Assembly: GCA_027008775.1 (NCBI GenBank) | Contig: JALVDV010000007.1 | Location: forward strand, 5,797 to 69,796 | Reading direction: 5' to 3' | Length of the DNA: 64,000 nucleotides | DNA from: Candidatus Moraniibacteriota bacterium | Lineage (GTDB): Bacteria; Patescibacteriota; Minisyncoccia; Moranbacterales; DUUL01 | Shown: one piece after another, positions 18,710-28,722 of the stretch | Layout of the letters: the number at the start of each line of letters is the position of its first letter | How positions within the stretch are numbered: position 1 is the first letter of the stretch | The notes under the pieces: model-generated | Seen by the model: only the letters and a program-made list of their open reading frames with translations | Told to the model about the DNA's origin: nothing | Databases searched by the model: none | Translations under genes and position numbers: made by a program

Positions 18710-20563
18710 ATGGTTGATCTTGATAATGGTAATAGTAAAAACGAAGGGAACTCTAAGGAAGAGAGTTCTGCTCCAGAGACGAGCTCGCCTGCTTCAGCCG
18801 GGACAAGTGGAGGAACTTCTTCTTTAGTTGGTCAGCCGGGGCAAAAAGGGGTGAATGGCGATGACGTTGTTCAAAGTGAAGATTCTTCCAATGTTGACTG
18901 GGAGAAGTTGCAGATTGATGAGAAGGCTTTGGATCTGGTTTCTATTGAGTCATTGGATAAATTTAAATTTATTCCTTTTGAAGTGCGTGATGACTTTGTG
19001 AAGGTGGCGGTGGTTGATCCTAATGATATGAATACCCAGAATGCTTTGCGATTCTTTTCTCGGAAGGTTAGGAAGCGTCTAGAAATTTATCCGGTAGATG
19101 AAAGCACTTTTGATCTGCTTCTCAATAAAATCAGGAACAGGTTTATTGATGTGGAGAGTGCTTTGGATGTCTATGAAAAAAAGGAAGAGGAGGAGTCCAA
19201 GCGAAAGCAGACCAGTTTGCGTCGGCGGAAAACGACTACACAAATCTTGAAGGATGCGCCAATTTCCAAGATGGTGGAGTCTATCATTGAAAATGCCATT
19301 GACAGTAATGCCAGTGATATCCATATAGAACCCTTGGAAGACAGTGTTAGGGTGAGATACAGAATTGATGGCGATTTGCGGACGGTGGTTGTTCTACCGA
19401 AAAAAATAGCTCCGGCTTTGGTTTCGCGTATCAAGATTTTGGCCAATTTAAAAATTGATGAAAAAAGAAAACCGCAAGATGGCCGTTTTAGAATCAATGA
19501 TTTGGGGAGAGTGATAGATTTCAGGGTTTCCTCTTTTCCGACGGCCAACGGAGAAAAAGTGGTTTTACGTATTTTGGATACCAAGGAAGGCTTGATGAAG
19601 TTGGAGAAGTTGGGAATTATGCCGCGGGAGCGTAGAATTATTGAGGCGGCTATTCATGAGCCTTACGGGATAATTTTGATTACCGGTCCGACCGGTAGCG
19701 GAAAGTCAACCACTTTGTATTCCATGTTGCGAATAATCAACAAGGAGAATGTCAATATCATTACCCTGGAAGACCCGATAGAGTACATTTTGAAGGGGAT
19801 TAATCAAAGCCAAATCAGACCGGAAATCGGCTATACTTTTGCTTCCGGTTTGCGGAGTGTCTTGCGACAAGATCCGGATATTATTATGGTGGGTGAGATT
19901 AGAGATCAAGAGACGGCGGAGTTGGCTATCCATGCTTCTTTGACCGGTCATTTGGTTTTGTCCACCTTACATACCAACTCGGCGGCCGGGGCTGTTCCGC
20001 GTTTGATTGATATGGGTATTCAACCATTTCTATTGGCTTCTTCTTTGCGTTTGTTGATGGCACAGCGTTTGGTGAGGAAGATTTGTCAGTATTGCAAACA
20101 GCCGGTGGAGGATTTGCCGGAGGAGGTGCAACAGCAAATCAAAGATGATTTGCGTTTGGTGCCCAAGAAAATTTTTGCCGACAGAGGGATAGAGTTGGAT
20201 GTCAATGATCCCAATAGTAAAGTGGTGGTTTACAAAGGAGTTGGATGCCCCAAGTGTCAGGGCAAGGGCATGAAAGGAAGAATTGGTATTTTTGAGGTTA
20301 TTGAGGCAGATAAAAAATTTAATCGATTGGTTAGTAAAGGTGTTTTGGGCCCGGAATTGGAAGCCGAGGCTCGCAAGAATGGTTTTATCACGATGAAGGA
20401 AGACGGACTGTTGAAAGTTTTAATGGGCTTAACAACACTGGAAGAAGTGGAAAGGGTGACTGAAGATGACTGGACAGAGGAAAATGAAGAAATCAATCTT
20501 AAAAACAAAAAAGTTGAGAAGAGTGAAGGGGAGGAGAGCGATCAGAACAACTTAACCACTTAA
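18710..20563 (+). CDS. pilB: Pilus extension ATPase PilB/GspE
   Basis: ASDIHIEP, PQDGRF, GPTGSGKST, LRQDPD, HLVLSTLHTN, two CxxC zinc pairs. Confidence 0.95.
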   Translation: MVDLDNGNSKNEGNSKEESSAPETSSPASAGTSGGTSSLVGQPGQKGVNGDDVVQSEDSSNVDWEKLQIDEKALDLVSIESLDKFKFIPFEVRDDFVKVAVVDPNDMNTQNALRFFSRKVRKRLEIYPVDESTFDLLLNKIRNRFIDVESALDVYEKKEEEESKRKQTSLRRRKTTTQILKDAPISKMVESIIENAIDSNASDIHIEPLEDSVRVRYRIDGDLRTVVVLPKKIAPALVSRIKILANLKIDEKRKPQDGRFRINDLGRVIDFRVSSFPTANGEKVVLRILDTKEGLMKLEKLGIMPRERRIIEAAIHEPYGIILITGPTGSGKSTTLYSMLRIINKENVNIITLEDPIEYILKGINQSQIRPEIGYTFASGLRSVLRQDPDIIMVGEIRDQETAELAIHASLTGHLVLSTLHTNSAAGAVPRLIDMGIQPFLLASSLRLLMAQRLVRKICQYCKQPVEDLPEEVQQQIKDDLRLVPKKIFADRGIELDVNDPNSKVVVYKGVGCPKCQGKGMKGRIGIFEVIEADKKFNRLVSKGVLGPELEAEARKNGFITMKEDGLLKVLMGLTTLEEVERVTEDDWTEENEEINLKNKKVEKSEGEESDQNNLTT

Positions 20564-20595
20564 TCTTTTGAGATATAATTATTTATTTGATATTT

Positions 20596-21681
20596 ATGCA
20601 AACGGAAAGTTTAAAAGAAAGACTAAATAAATACTTGAACTATGTTGTTCAGCAAGGCTGTTCTGATTTACATCTTTCTGTCAATGAATATCCAATTGTT
20701 CGTTTGGATGGTGATTTGTATCGCTTGGATAAAGAGCCGAAATTGACCAAGCAGGATATGGGGGAATTGGCCAAAGCGATTCTGGATGATTTGAAATTGA
20801 AAAAGTTGAAAGAGGATAGAACGATTGATTTTTCGGTGGCTTTGGAAAACGGCGATAGATTTAGAGCGAATATGTTTTTTCAAAAGGGCAATTTGAGTTT
20901 GGCCTTAAGATATATTCCGAAAAAAATAAAGACATTACAGGAGTTGAATATGCCCGCTCATATTTATAATTTTATGGAGAAGAGTCAGGGTTTGTTTCTG
21001 GTGACCGGTCCGACAGGTCACGGGAAGAGTACGACTTTGGCGGCATTAATAGATTATTTGAATGTTAACAAGCGCTATCATATTGTTACCATAGAAGATC
21101 CGATAGAATATTTGCATGAATCTAAACAATCTTTAATAGAACAACGGGAGGTTTTTTCCGATGCTTTGGATTTTGCTTCCGCTTTGCGCTCGGCTTTTCG
21201 TGAAGATGTGGATGCGATTTTATTGGGAGAGATGCGTGACTTGGAAACGATCTCCACAGCGGTGACGGCGGCGGAGACAGGGCATTTGATTTTGGCCACT
21301 TTGCATACCAATGATTCCATCCAAACGGTTGACAGGATTATTGATATATTTCCTCCGCACCAACAGAATCAGATCAGGGCGCAGTTGGCAAATGTCTTGG
21401 TGGGTATTGTTTCTCAGAGGCTTTTAAAAAAGAAAAATGGAGGAAGAATTCCGGCAGTGGAAGTTTTGATTAACAATGTGGCCGTTCAGAACCTGATTCG
21501 AGAAAAACAGACTCATCAGATCGGAACGGTTATTGATACATCTTTAGACAAAGGAATGATAAGCATCAATCGTTCTTTGGCGCGCTTGGTTAAACAAGGT
21601 ATTGTTGATATTCATGAGGCGGAGGCTTATGCAACCAATTTAGACTCCTTCAAAATGTTTTTGGAAGCGGAGGAGGCTTAG
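20596..21681 (+). CDS. pilT: Pilus retraction ATPase PilT
   Basis: SDLHL, GPTGHGKSTT, TIEDPIE, GEMRD, AAETGH, AVQNLIRE. Confidence 0.95.
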   Translation: MQTESLKERLNKYLNYVVQQGCSDLHLSVNEYPIVRLDGDLYRLDKEPKLTKQDMGELAKAILDDLKLKKLKEDRTIDFSVALENGDRFRANMFFQKGNLSLALRYIPKKIKTLQELNMPAHIYNFMEKSQGLFLVTGPTGHGKSTTLAALIDYLNVNKRYHIVTIEDPIEYLHESKQSLIEQREVFSDALDFASALRSAFREDVDAILLGEMRDLETISTAVTAAETGHLILATLHTNDSIQTVDRIIDIFPPHQQNQIRAQLANVLVGIVSQRLLKKKNGGRIPAVEVLINNVAVQNLIREKQTHQIGTVIDTSLDKGMISINRSLARLVKQGIVDIHEAEAYATNLDSFKMFLEAEEA

Positions 21682-21730
21682 TCGGGCGATTTTGTTTTTA
21701 TCTATAAATTCATCATTAAAATAAGAGGAA

Positions 21731-22939
21731 ATGCGCTTTAAGTACAAGGGAAAAAATAGAGAGGGTGTCTGGCAGAAGGGTATTGTAGAAACAATTTCCA
21801 GGCATTCGGCGGAAAAACTGTTGAGTTCCTACGGATTGACCGAGGTTGAATTGAAAGAAATCAAACCCAACAGTTTACAGGAGATTTTGTATAAAATGTT
21901 GAACGGAGTTAGCCCCAAGGAATTTGTGATTTTTTCCAGACAGTTGGCTATTTTGATAGATTCCAATGTGCCCTTGTTGTCCGCTTTGAATTCCATTGTG
22001 GAACAGACGGAAAATTCTTTCTTTGCTTTAAAATTGAAGTCAATAATGTTTGATGTGGATGCCGGCATGTCTCTTTCGGAGGCCTTGTCCAAACATAGAG
22101 ATATTTTTTCCGATTTTTATATCAGTATGATCAGGGCCGGTGAGGTTTCGGGGACTTTACAAAAAACTTTGAATAAGCTGGCTGATAATATAGAAAAAAA
22201 TTACGAGTTGACTTCGGCTCTAAAAGGAGCGATGTATTACCCGGCTTTTGTTTTGTCGGCGATGGTGGCTGTCGGGGCCTTAATGATGGTGACGGTTATT
22301 CCCAAGTTGCTGGAAATATTGACGGAGACTAATCAAACTTTGCCTTTGCAAACACGACTTTTGATTTGGACCAGTAATTTTATGGTGCACTATTGGTGGG
22401 CGGCTCTGTTAGTGGTGGTCGCTCTAATTATCCTGGTGACTTACTATTTGAAAACTCCTTCCGGCCGACGTCAATTCGACCAGATTGTGATTAAGTTGCC
22501 GATTGTTGGCAGAATATTGAGAAATATTTACGTGGCTCGTTTTGCGGAAAATTTGGAGACTTTGTTGGAGAGTGGTTTGCCTATCAGGCTGTCACTGGAT
22601 ATTACGGCGGATGTAATAGGCAATTCGGTTTTTCGCGATATTGTGAAGCAAGCGGCGGAAGAAATTAAAAAGGGTGGAAATCTGTCGGAGGTGTTGGGTC
22701 GTTACGAGGAGATTCCGCCGGTGATGGTGCAGATGGTGGAAGTGGGGGAGCACACGGGTAGAATATCTTTTTCTTTGGGAAAAATATCTGAATTTTATAC
22801 CAAGGAAGTGGATAGGATGGTGCAGAATTTCTCTACCTTGATTGAACCGGTTTTGATGGTGTTTTTGGCGATTGGAGTGGGAATTTTGGTTTCGGCTATT
22901 CTGTTACCGATTTACCAGGTGGCAATGAGTATAAAATAA
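21731..22939 (+). CDS. pilC: Type IV pilus platform protein PilC/GspF
   Basis: FSRQLA, AGEVSG, AMYYP, VGEHTG, LIEP. Confidence 0.95.
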   Translation: MRFKYKGKNREGVWQKGIVETISRHSAEKLLSSYGLTEVELKEIKPNSLQEILYKMLNGVSPKEFVIFSRQLAILIDSNVPLLSALNSIVEQTENSFFALKLKSIMFDVDAGMSLSEALSKHRDIFSDFYISMIRAGEVSGTLQKTLNKLADNIEKNYELTSALKGAMYYPAFVLSAMVAVGALMMVTVIPKLLEILTETNQTLPLQTRLLIWTSNFMVHYWWAALLVVVALIILVTYYLKTPSGRRQFDQIVIKLPIVGRILRNIYVARFAENLETLLESGLPIRLSLDITADVIGNSVFRDIVKQAAEEIKKGGNLSEVLGRYEEIPPVMVQMVEVGEHTGRISFSLGKISEFYTKEVDRMVQNFSTLIEPVLMVFLAIGVGILVSAILLPIYQVAMSIK

Positions 22940-22959
22940 TATATTTGGCTAAATTGGTG

Positions 22960-22988
22960 TTGGATATTTTTTGATTGTATGTTATAAT
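22960..22988 (+). promoter_or_regulatory. Internal promoter for the first pilin gene
   Basis: TTGGAT-17 nt-TATAAT with TG extension; strong GGAGGTG RBS before 23066. Confidence 0.55.
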
Positions 22989-23065
22989 TCTCTTGTGGAA
23001 TAGTATCTGGGAAGAATTAAAATAATATAAAAATTAAAATAAAATAGAATGGAGGTGAGTAAAGT

Positions 23066-23512
23066 ATGAAATTGAAGAGTAATTCAAGGGGTTTTACGCT
23101 GGTGGAGTTGCTTTTGGTGATCGCCATTATCGGTATTTTGGCAGCAGTTGTTTTCATTGTGATTGGTCCGGCGCGTAAAAAAGCTCGGGTAGCCACTTTC
23201 AAAGAGCATATGGTTGATTTGGTAAAGGCCGGAGCTTCTTGTATAGACAGTGAAGGGATAATACAAGATGGGCAGGCTGATGGTACGCAACCCTTTTGTC
23301 TAAATAGTGCCGGAAATCCAGTTGGTGGTTTAGACAATATTCCAGAGATAAAGGTTTGTAGAGGTGGTTCAGGTGTGATAACGATCAGTGTTCAGAATGG
23401 TGGCAGTGATGATTTTGAGATTACGGCTGATTGCCCAGTAAGTGACACTGCCAATTGTACCGCTGATTGTACTATTGGTGGTTGTACGTTTAGTGATGAA
23501 TGTAATCTATAA
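23066..23512 (+). CDS. Type IV pilin, probable major pilin (8 Cys)
   Basis: G|FTLVELLLVIAIIGIL prepilin motif; own promoter, strong RBS and a downstream hairpin. Confidence 0.9.
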   Translation: MKLKSNSRGFTLVELLLVIAIIGILAAVVFIVIGPARKKARVATFKEHMVDLVKAGASCIDSEGIIQDGQADGTQPFCLNSAGNPVGGLDNIPEIKVCRGGSGVITISVQNGGSDDFEITADCPVSDTANCTADCTIGGCTFSDECNL

Positions 23513-23529
23513 TGTTTTAGAAATCGGTT

Positions 23530-23565
23530 ATGGGTTTTTAGGACGGGTTCGTCTTAAAAACTCAT
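23530..23565 (+). terminator. 16-bp stem hairpin after the major pilin (terminator or mRNA stabiliser)
   Basis: atgggtttttaggacg-ggtt-cgtcttaaaaactcat. Confidence 0.65.
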
Positions 23566-23688
23566 ATTCCGGTTTTTAGAGTGTTAGTTTTTGTTGTGGC
23601 TTGGGTGGATTTGTTTGGGAAAGGCGTCGCTTTATTGGAGACAGTAAAGTGTTTAGATATAACATCGTATTTATTAAAGCGAAAAAAT

Positions 23689-24081
23689 ATGTTGCGGAAA
23701 AATAAAAGTGGTTTTACCTTAGTTGAGATATTATTGGTGATCGCGGTTATTGGGATTTTGTCCAGTGTAATCATGGTGGGGATTGGTGGTGTTCGGAAAA
23801 AAGCCAGAACATCGGCAGCTCTGAAAACGGCCGAGAGCGCAACGGCTGAACTGGCGCATTGTTATTTAAATGATAAGCCTATTACACCGTGGACCAATAA
23901 TATAAATGGTGGCGGAATTATCTGTTCTGGCGCCGGGGAATGGCCTTCTTTAACGCATCGTTGTCATTATGATATTTTTAATGCTGCTAATTATGAGTTT
24001 TCAATTAAGTGTAATGATGACCAGCATACCATAACTTGCAATTACGCCGATGGTAAGTGTATCGTCAGTTATGGTAGCTAG
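23689..24081 (+). CDS. Type IV pilin (6 Cys)
   Basis: MLRKNKSG|FTLVEILLVIAVIGIL; ATG at 23689. Confidence 0.9.
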   Translation: MLRKNKSGFTLVEILLVIAVIGILSSVIMVGIGGVRKKARTSAALKTAESATAELAHCYLNDKPITPWTNNINGGGIICSGAGEWPSLTHRCHYDIFNAANYEFSIKCNDDQHTITCNYADGKCIVSYGS

Positions 24082-24137
24082 CAGGTTTTTATTTGACTTT
24101 GATTAGTGAGCGTTTTGTTAATAGATAAACAGAAAAA

Positions 24138-24593
24138 ATGAGATTTGGTTTTTTGAAGAGGGAAAATGGTTTTACTTTAATAGAATTATTAACAGTGATG
24201 GCCATTATTGGGATTTTGTCGGCGGCGATGCTGATTACTTTATCGGTTTACAAGAAAAGAGCGACGGCTAGCAAGTTGTTGCTAGAATTATCTTCAGCTA
24301 TGCAAAAGGTTTATCTTTGTATTTCCGATGGAAATCAGGTTGCTCAACCGACTGATGCCGGTGGGGGTGTCATTTGTCAAGATGCAGGTGATAATGATTT
24401 GCCAAATTATGGACGTTGGCCCGAATTACCTTCCGGATATGTGTATCAATCGTCTTCTTCTTTTGGGAATAGCTGGTTTTATATGGTTACCAGTGGTGAT
24501 GGTGACTTGAGGATTTGTTGCAATTCAACTTCCGGTAAATGTAAGAAATTTGATTCGGTCGCTCCCTGTAATACAACTACAGATTTAAATTAG
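24138..24593 (+). CDS. Type IV pilin (6 Cys)
   Basis: ENG|FTLIELLTVMAIIGIL. Confidence 0.9.
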   Translation: MRFGFLKRENGFTLIELLTVMAIIGILSAAMLITLSVYKKRATASKLLLELSSAMQKVYLCISDGNQVAQPTDAGGGVICQDAGDNDLPNYGRWPELPSGYVYQSSSSFGNSWFYMVTSGDGDLRICCNSTSGKCKKFDSVAPCNTTTDLN

Positions 24594-24598
24594 CCTTT

Positions 24599-25417
24599 AT
24601 GTTTTGGTTGGTATTTTTCAAGTTTTCGGTTGTTTTCGTGTTGGGTTTGATTTTTGGCAGTTTTGCCGGGGTGTTAATAGAAAGAGGAGAGAAAGGAGAA
24701 AGTTTGCGGGGGCGCTCCCATTGTGATCATTGTAAAAAGAAAATAGTTTGGTACGACAATATCCCGGTGGTCAGTTTTCTGTTGTTACGGGGCAGGTGTC
24801 GCTATTGTGGGCAAAGAATATCTTGGTGGCACCCTTTGACAGAACTGATTTTTGGGGTAACGTTTGTTGGGTTAGCTTGGCAGAGCGGATTTTTTGCCGG
24901 TTGGCTCAGTGGTGATGATATTTGGCGGACTGTTTTTTGCCTGGCCATCGGTTTTATTCTTTTGACAATTTTGTTTTGGGATTGGAAGTATATGATAATT
25001 CCCGATGGGCTGGTGGTAGGAGGGCTAGTCATCGGAGTTCTTTTTTATCTGCGCGCTTATTTGCTTTCCCCGGATACCTTGTTGGCGGTGAATACTGATT
25101 TGAGTCGTAATTTATTGGGTGGTTTGGCAGTTGGAGGATTTTTTTATTTGCTTTGGCGATTTTCTCGGGGGAAATGGATTGGCGGTGGTGATGTTAAGTT
25201 GGGGTTTTTAGTTGGGTTTTTGGTTGGTTGGAAATTGTCTTACTTTTTGTTACTCTTGAGTTATCTTTTGGGAGCTGTGCCGGCGTTGTATTTGTTGTTG
25301 ATAGGGAAGGCAAAGGCTGGGAGTAAAATTCCTTTTGGGCCTTTCTTGGTTTTGGCTACCTTGATCGTTTTATGCTGGTCGGATAGGCTTAGTCATTTGT
25401 TAAAATATTGGTTTTAA
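24599..25417 (+). CDS. pilD: Prepilin peptidase/N-methyltransferase
   Basis: GSF, RSHCDHC, DNIPVVSF..LRGRCRYC, GGGDVKL, IPFGPFL. Confidence 0.95.
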   Translation: MFWLVFFKFSVVFVLGLIFGSFAGVLIERGEKGESLRGRSHCDHCKKKIVWYDNIPVVSFLLLRGRCRYCGQRISWWHPLTELIFGVTFVGLAWQSGFFAGWLSGDDIWRTVFCLAIGFILLTILFWDWKYMIIPDGLVVGGLVIGVLFYLRAYLLSPDTLLAVNTDLSRNLLGGLAVGGFFYLLWRFSRGKWIGGGDVKLGFLVGFLVGWKLSYFLLLLSYLLGAVPALYLLLIGKAKAGSKIPFGPFLVLATLIVLCWSDRLSHLLKYWF

Positions 25418-25432
25418 ATTAGCTTAAAGTAA

Positions 25433-26119
25433 ATGTTCAAGCTGCGTTTAGAAAAGAAAAATAAAAGTAAAAAGGAAAACGGGAAAGAGGGTTCTATTGC
25501 CGGTCATTTTTTCAGGCAGGCCGGGTTTTTGTTTGTAAAAAAGGGAGTTGTTTCAGGTTTTCAGGCCGGTTTTACTTTAATTGAAATGGTGATAGTGATT
25601 GCCATGATTGGAATTATTACCGGGGCGACATTGAAACTGGTGAGATTTTCCGACATTTACAAAAATTTGACTTTGAAAACGATGGAAATTAAAGGAATTT
25701 TGCGAAACGCTCAGATTTTGTCTTTGGCGCCGCCGGTTATTGAGAAAGATGGAAACAAGTTGCTGATTTGCGGATTTGGCTTGCGGAACGACAGTTCTGA
25801 TCTGTCCAAGGTTTCGCTTTTTTATTCCTATTCTCCAAATAATGAGGTGGAAGATTGTGCCAATATAGGAAATATTGGTGATGTCTGTGATGAGGTGGGT
25901 GCGGGTAATGCTTGCCTAGATTATGAGACGAAGAAATTTGATGGTTTTACGATTACCAGAGATGGCAATAGTCAGCCGGTTAAGATATTTTTCCGCTCTC
26001 CTTATGGTGAGACCGTTGGGGTTGCTGATACCGGTTATAATATTGTTATAAAACAGGCTGAAAACAATTACACCAAGACTATTAAGGTAAACAAATTTGG
26101 CAAAATAAATGAAGAGTAA
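25433..26119 (+). CDS. Minor pilin (FimT/FimU-like)
   Basis: AG|FTLIEMVIVIAMIGII after a long leader; C-terminal IKVNKFGKI. Confidence 0.8.
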   Translation: MFKLRLEKKNKSKKENGKEGSIAGHFFRQAGFLFVKKGVVSGFQAGFTLIEMVIVIAMIGIITGATLKLVRFSDIYKNLTLKTMEIKGILRNAQILSLAPPVIEKDGNKLLICGFGLRNDSSDLSKVSLFYSYSPNNEVEDCANIGNIGDVCDEVGAGNACLDYETKKFDGFTITRDGNSQPVKIFFRSPYGETVGVADTGYNIVIKQAENNYTKTIKVNKFGKINEE

Positions 26120-26687
26120 GAAGCTTTTTGAGCAAAACAAAGAACGTATATCGGATGAAGCCGGTTACACTTTGATAGAAATAGTGATCGTTTTATTATT
26201 GGTAGCATTTGGTTTTGTCGGCTCTTATCAGTTATTTGTGACTTCTCTGCGAGCGGATACGGAAAGTCGGTATGAAATTATTGCCGGAGAGTTGTTGCAG
26301 GAGGGTCTGGAGATTATTAAAAACAAGAAGGAGGAGAATGATTTGAAGTGGGCTATTTGGGATCCGTCAGATGAGGATGAGCCAAAACTAAATGAGGGGA
26401 TGCGGAATGTTGATTTTAACCCGATAGTTGATTTCAATACCAAGACAATTGAATTTGAAACAAATCATTTTAATTTACAGTACGATTTAGATAAAAAAGA
26501 ATATGTATTGCAAAATAATTGTTCCAATTGTGTTGGACCGGTTTTTGAAAGAAAGTGTACTCAGAGTTTAAATGCTGACGAGGATGTGCTAAGGGCCAGA
26601 TGTACGGTTTCTTGGCAGAGTGTTTTAGCGGGGGGTGGGGAAAGGAGTATTTTGGCGGAAACGGCTTTAACGGATTGGGAGAGATAG
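26109..26687 (+). CDS. Minor pilin (PilV-like)
   Basis: AG|YTLIEIVIV; A..LLQEGLEII; VSW...LTDW. Confidence 0.8.
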   Translation: MKSKKLFEQNKERISDEAGYTLIEIVIVLLLVAFGFVGSYQLFVTSLRADTESRYEIIAGELLQEGLEIIKNKKEENDLKWAIWDPSDEDEPKLNEGMRNVDFNPIVDFNTKTIEFETNHFNLQYDLDKKEYVLQNNCSNCVGPVFERKCTQSLNADEDVLRARCTVSWQSVLAGGGERSILAETALTDWER

Positions 26688-26719
26688 GTTTATTGTTCTA
26701 ATTGGAAAATTTTTAGAAA

Positions 26720-27385
26720 ATGGCAAAGTTGAAAATAAATAACAAGGAAAAACCGGGAAGATCAGATATTACGAGAAGCGATTTTTTGCAGGGCGGTTTT
26801 ACTTTGATTGAGGTGGTGGTTTCTTTAGCTATTTTTGCTTTTATTGTCGGCGGGGTGACCGTTTTTGCGGTTAATACCATTAAGGCCCAACAAAGATCAA
26901 GAGCTATGCAAGAGGCGATGGATAATGCTCGCTACGCTATTGATGATTTTGCTAAGAACATTAGAACCAGTTCCAATGTTAAGGGTGATGGCTCTGGCCA
27001 ATTCTTGTTTTTTGTCAGTAATTTAGATTTGGCGAAGTATTGTTACAGATTTAACGGCGATATTTTAGAAGAAGCTAGAATTGTTCCCAATACCAGTGGT
27101 AGCAATGATGATTATAATGGTGTGAAAAGTTGTAGTGATTTTTCTGACTCTGATTTTAAGCCGGTAGTGGGGGGCTCTGCTAACAGTAAGATTTCCGTGG
27201 CTGGCAAATTTCAATTTTGGCAGACTGATGTTCATTCTAATTCTCCCAAGCGAGGTTATGTGCAAATTAATGTTGATTTGATTTATAATGAAAATGGTTT
27301 GCCGGAAGATAATGCTCAGGCCCATATTCAGAGTGGAGTGTCTTTGATGGATTATGGTTTGGAAGATTTTAATTTGGAGTTATAG
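26720..27385 (+). CDS. Minor pilin (PilW-like)
   Basis: GG|FTLIEVVVSLAIF; DNARYAIDDFAKNIR. Confidence 0.8.
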   Translation: MAKLKINNKEKPGRSDITRSDFLQGGFTLIEVVVSLAIFAFIVGGVTVFAVNTIKAQQRSRAMQEAMDNARYAIDDFAKNIRTSSNVKGDGSGQFLFFVSNLDLAKYCYRFNGDILEEARIVPNTSGSNDDYNGVKSCSDFSDSDFKPVVGGSANSKISVAGKFQFWQTDVHSNSPKRGYVQINVDLIYNENGLPEDNAQAHIQSGVSLMDYGLEDFNLEL

Positions 27386-27458
27386 CTTGATTTTTGTGGA
27401 AATGGATTTTTGTTTGCAGGGAATTTGAAAATTTTAAATAAAAAATAATAATAAAATT

Positions 27459-28241
27459 ATGAATAAACTTGTTGGCAACAATAGAGAGGGTGAAAAGGGG
27501 TCAATATTGATTCTAACTCTGCTGATTTTGGTGGGAGCTCTATCTATCGGGGTGGCAATTTCGGCCGTGTCGGTGCTGGAGAGAAAAATGACTACCAAAA
27601 GTCGGCGTTCGGTTTCGGCTTTTCAAGCGGCCAATGCCGGAGTGGAGTGGGCGATGAAGCAGATTGATGATGCTGAGCCTGATAAGAAGGTAACTGATGT
27701 TTTTGGTTTTAATGCAGATTCTGGCGAAGTTGTTTGCCCGGATGATTTGTTTTCCGATTCTTCTGACTCTAGCTGTAAGGTAATTTTATTGCAACGGAGC
27801 TCGGGAGGAGGACAAGATGAGTGGCAGAAAATCAATTCTGATATTCCGGTGAAAGATTTGGTGGCGGTTAGAGTTAAGGGTTTTTACAAGCAAGGTTCGG
27901 AAGAAGTGAGTCGGGCTTTGGAAGCCTATGCAATGCCAAACTGTGACAGTAATGAAGAGAGAGTGGCTGATTTTTGTGTGGATAAAAGTTATGTAGGTTC
28001 TCAGCAGGATTGGGGTGATGCGGTGGAAGCGTGTGCCGATTTAGGAAAAAGGTTGTGTTCGGCGGCGGAGTTAAAAGCGGTTGAAGGCTCTTCTCTGACT
28101 TTGGGTAATGATATTGGTTCACGTGATGAATGGGCGGCGGATGCTTCCAGTGGTGGACAAAGAATCTATTTTGGCCATTCTGGCTTAGGAGAATCACCCT
28201 CGGGAACCGATCATGATTTTCGCTGTTGCCGAAATCGCTAA
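27459..28241 (+). CDS. PilX-like minor pilin with a C-terminal C-type-lectin/FGE-like domain
   Basis: KG|SILILTLL (no E5), AFQAANAGVEWA; C-terminal WGDAVEACADLGKRLCSAAE..EW..FRCCR. Confidence 0.8.
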   Translation: MNKLVGNNREGEKGSILILTLLILVGALSIGVAISAVSVLERKMTTKSRRSVSAFQAANAGVEWAMKQIDDAEPDKKVTDVFGFNADSGEVVCPDDLFSDSSDSSCKVILLQRSSGGGQDEWQKINSDIPVKDLVAVRVKGFYKQGSEEVSRALEAYAMPNCDSNEERVADFCVDKSYVGSQQDWGDAVEACADLGKRLCSAAELKAVEGSSLTLGNDIGSRDEWAADASSGGQRIYFGHSGLGESPSGTDHDFRCCRNR

Positions 28242-28250
28242 TTTGAAAAA

Positions 28251-28685
28251 ATGATATTAAGAAAGTGGGAGATTGTTTTTGTTGTTTTGTTGCTTTTATT
28301 GGTAGGATTGGTAACTTATTGGGCGATTGGGCGAGTTCGTTTGAGGGAGGACTTAGCTTTGGTGCAAATTGGTTTGACGGATGCTTTGCTGGCGGCGAAG
28401 AAATGTCTGGAGGCTGGCGGAACGGTACAAGACCCTTCTTTGGGTCGGCCAGGTCGGGTTTTTGTTTGCAGTCGCCAGGAGATTAGCGGGGAAGTTTATC
28501 CTGATCTGCAAAAAATTTCTCCACATCATTATTTTTATCAATATTCTCCCTTAAAAGGCGAATGCAAAATTTTGTCAGAATGTCGGCGACAAGATATTTT
28601 CCCGACTTTTGGAGTGTTGTTGAAAGGTAGCTCAGTCTTACGTTGTGATATAAGAAAAGGTTTTTGTTATACGGTGCAAAATTGA
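28251..28685 (+). CDS. Pilin-like protein lacking a canonical prepilin cleavage site
   Basis: N-terminal TM followed by the Cys spacing seen in the three upstream pilins. Confidence 0.6.
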   Translation: MILRKWEIVFVVLLLLLVGLVTYWAIGRVRLREDLALVQIGLTDALLAAKKCLEAGGTVQDPSLGRPGRVFVCSRQEISGEVYPDLQKISPHHYFYQYSPLKGECKILSECRRQDIFPTFGVLLKGSSVLRCDIRKGFCYTVQN

Positions 28686-28722
28686 AAAAATAAGTCCGAT
28701 AAATAATAATTAGTTAAAAAAT

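Noticed and set aside
27459-28241. Complete diversity-generating retroelement
   Set aside because: No reverse transcriptase, Avd or template repeat visible in the window; only a candidate target fold
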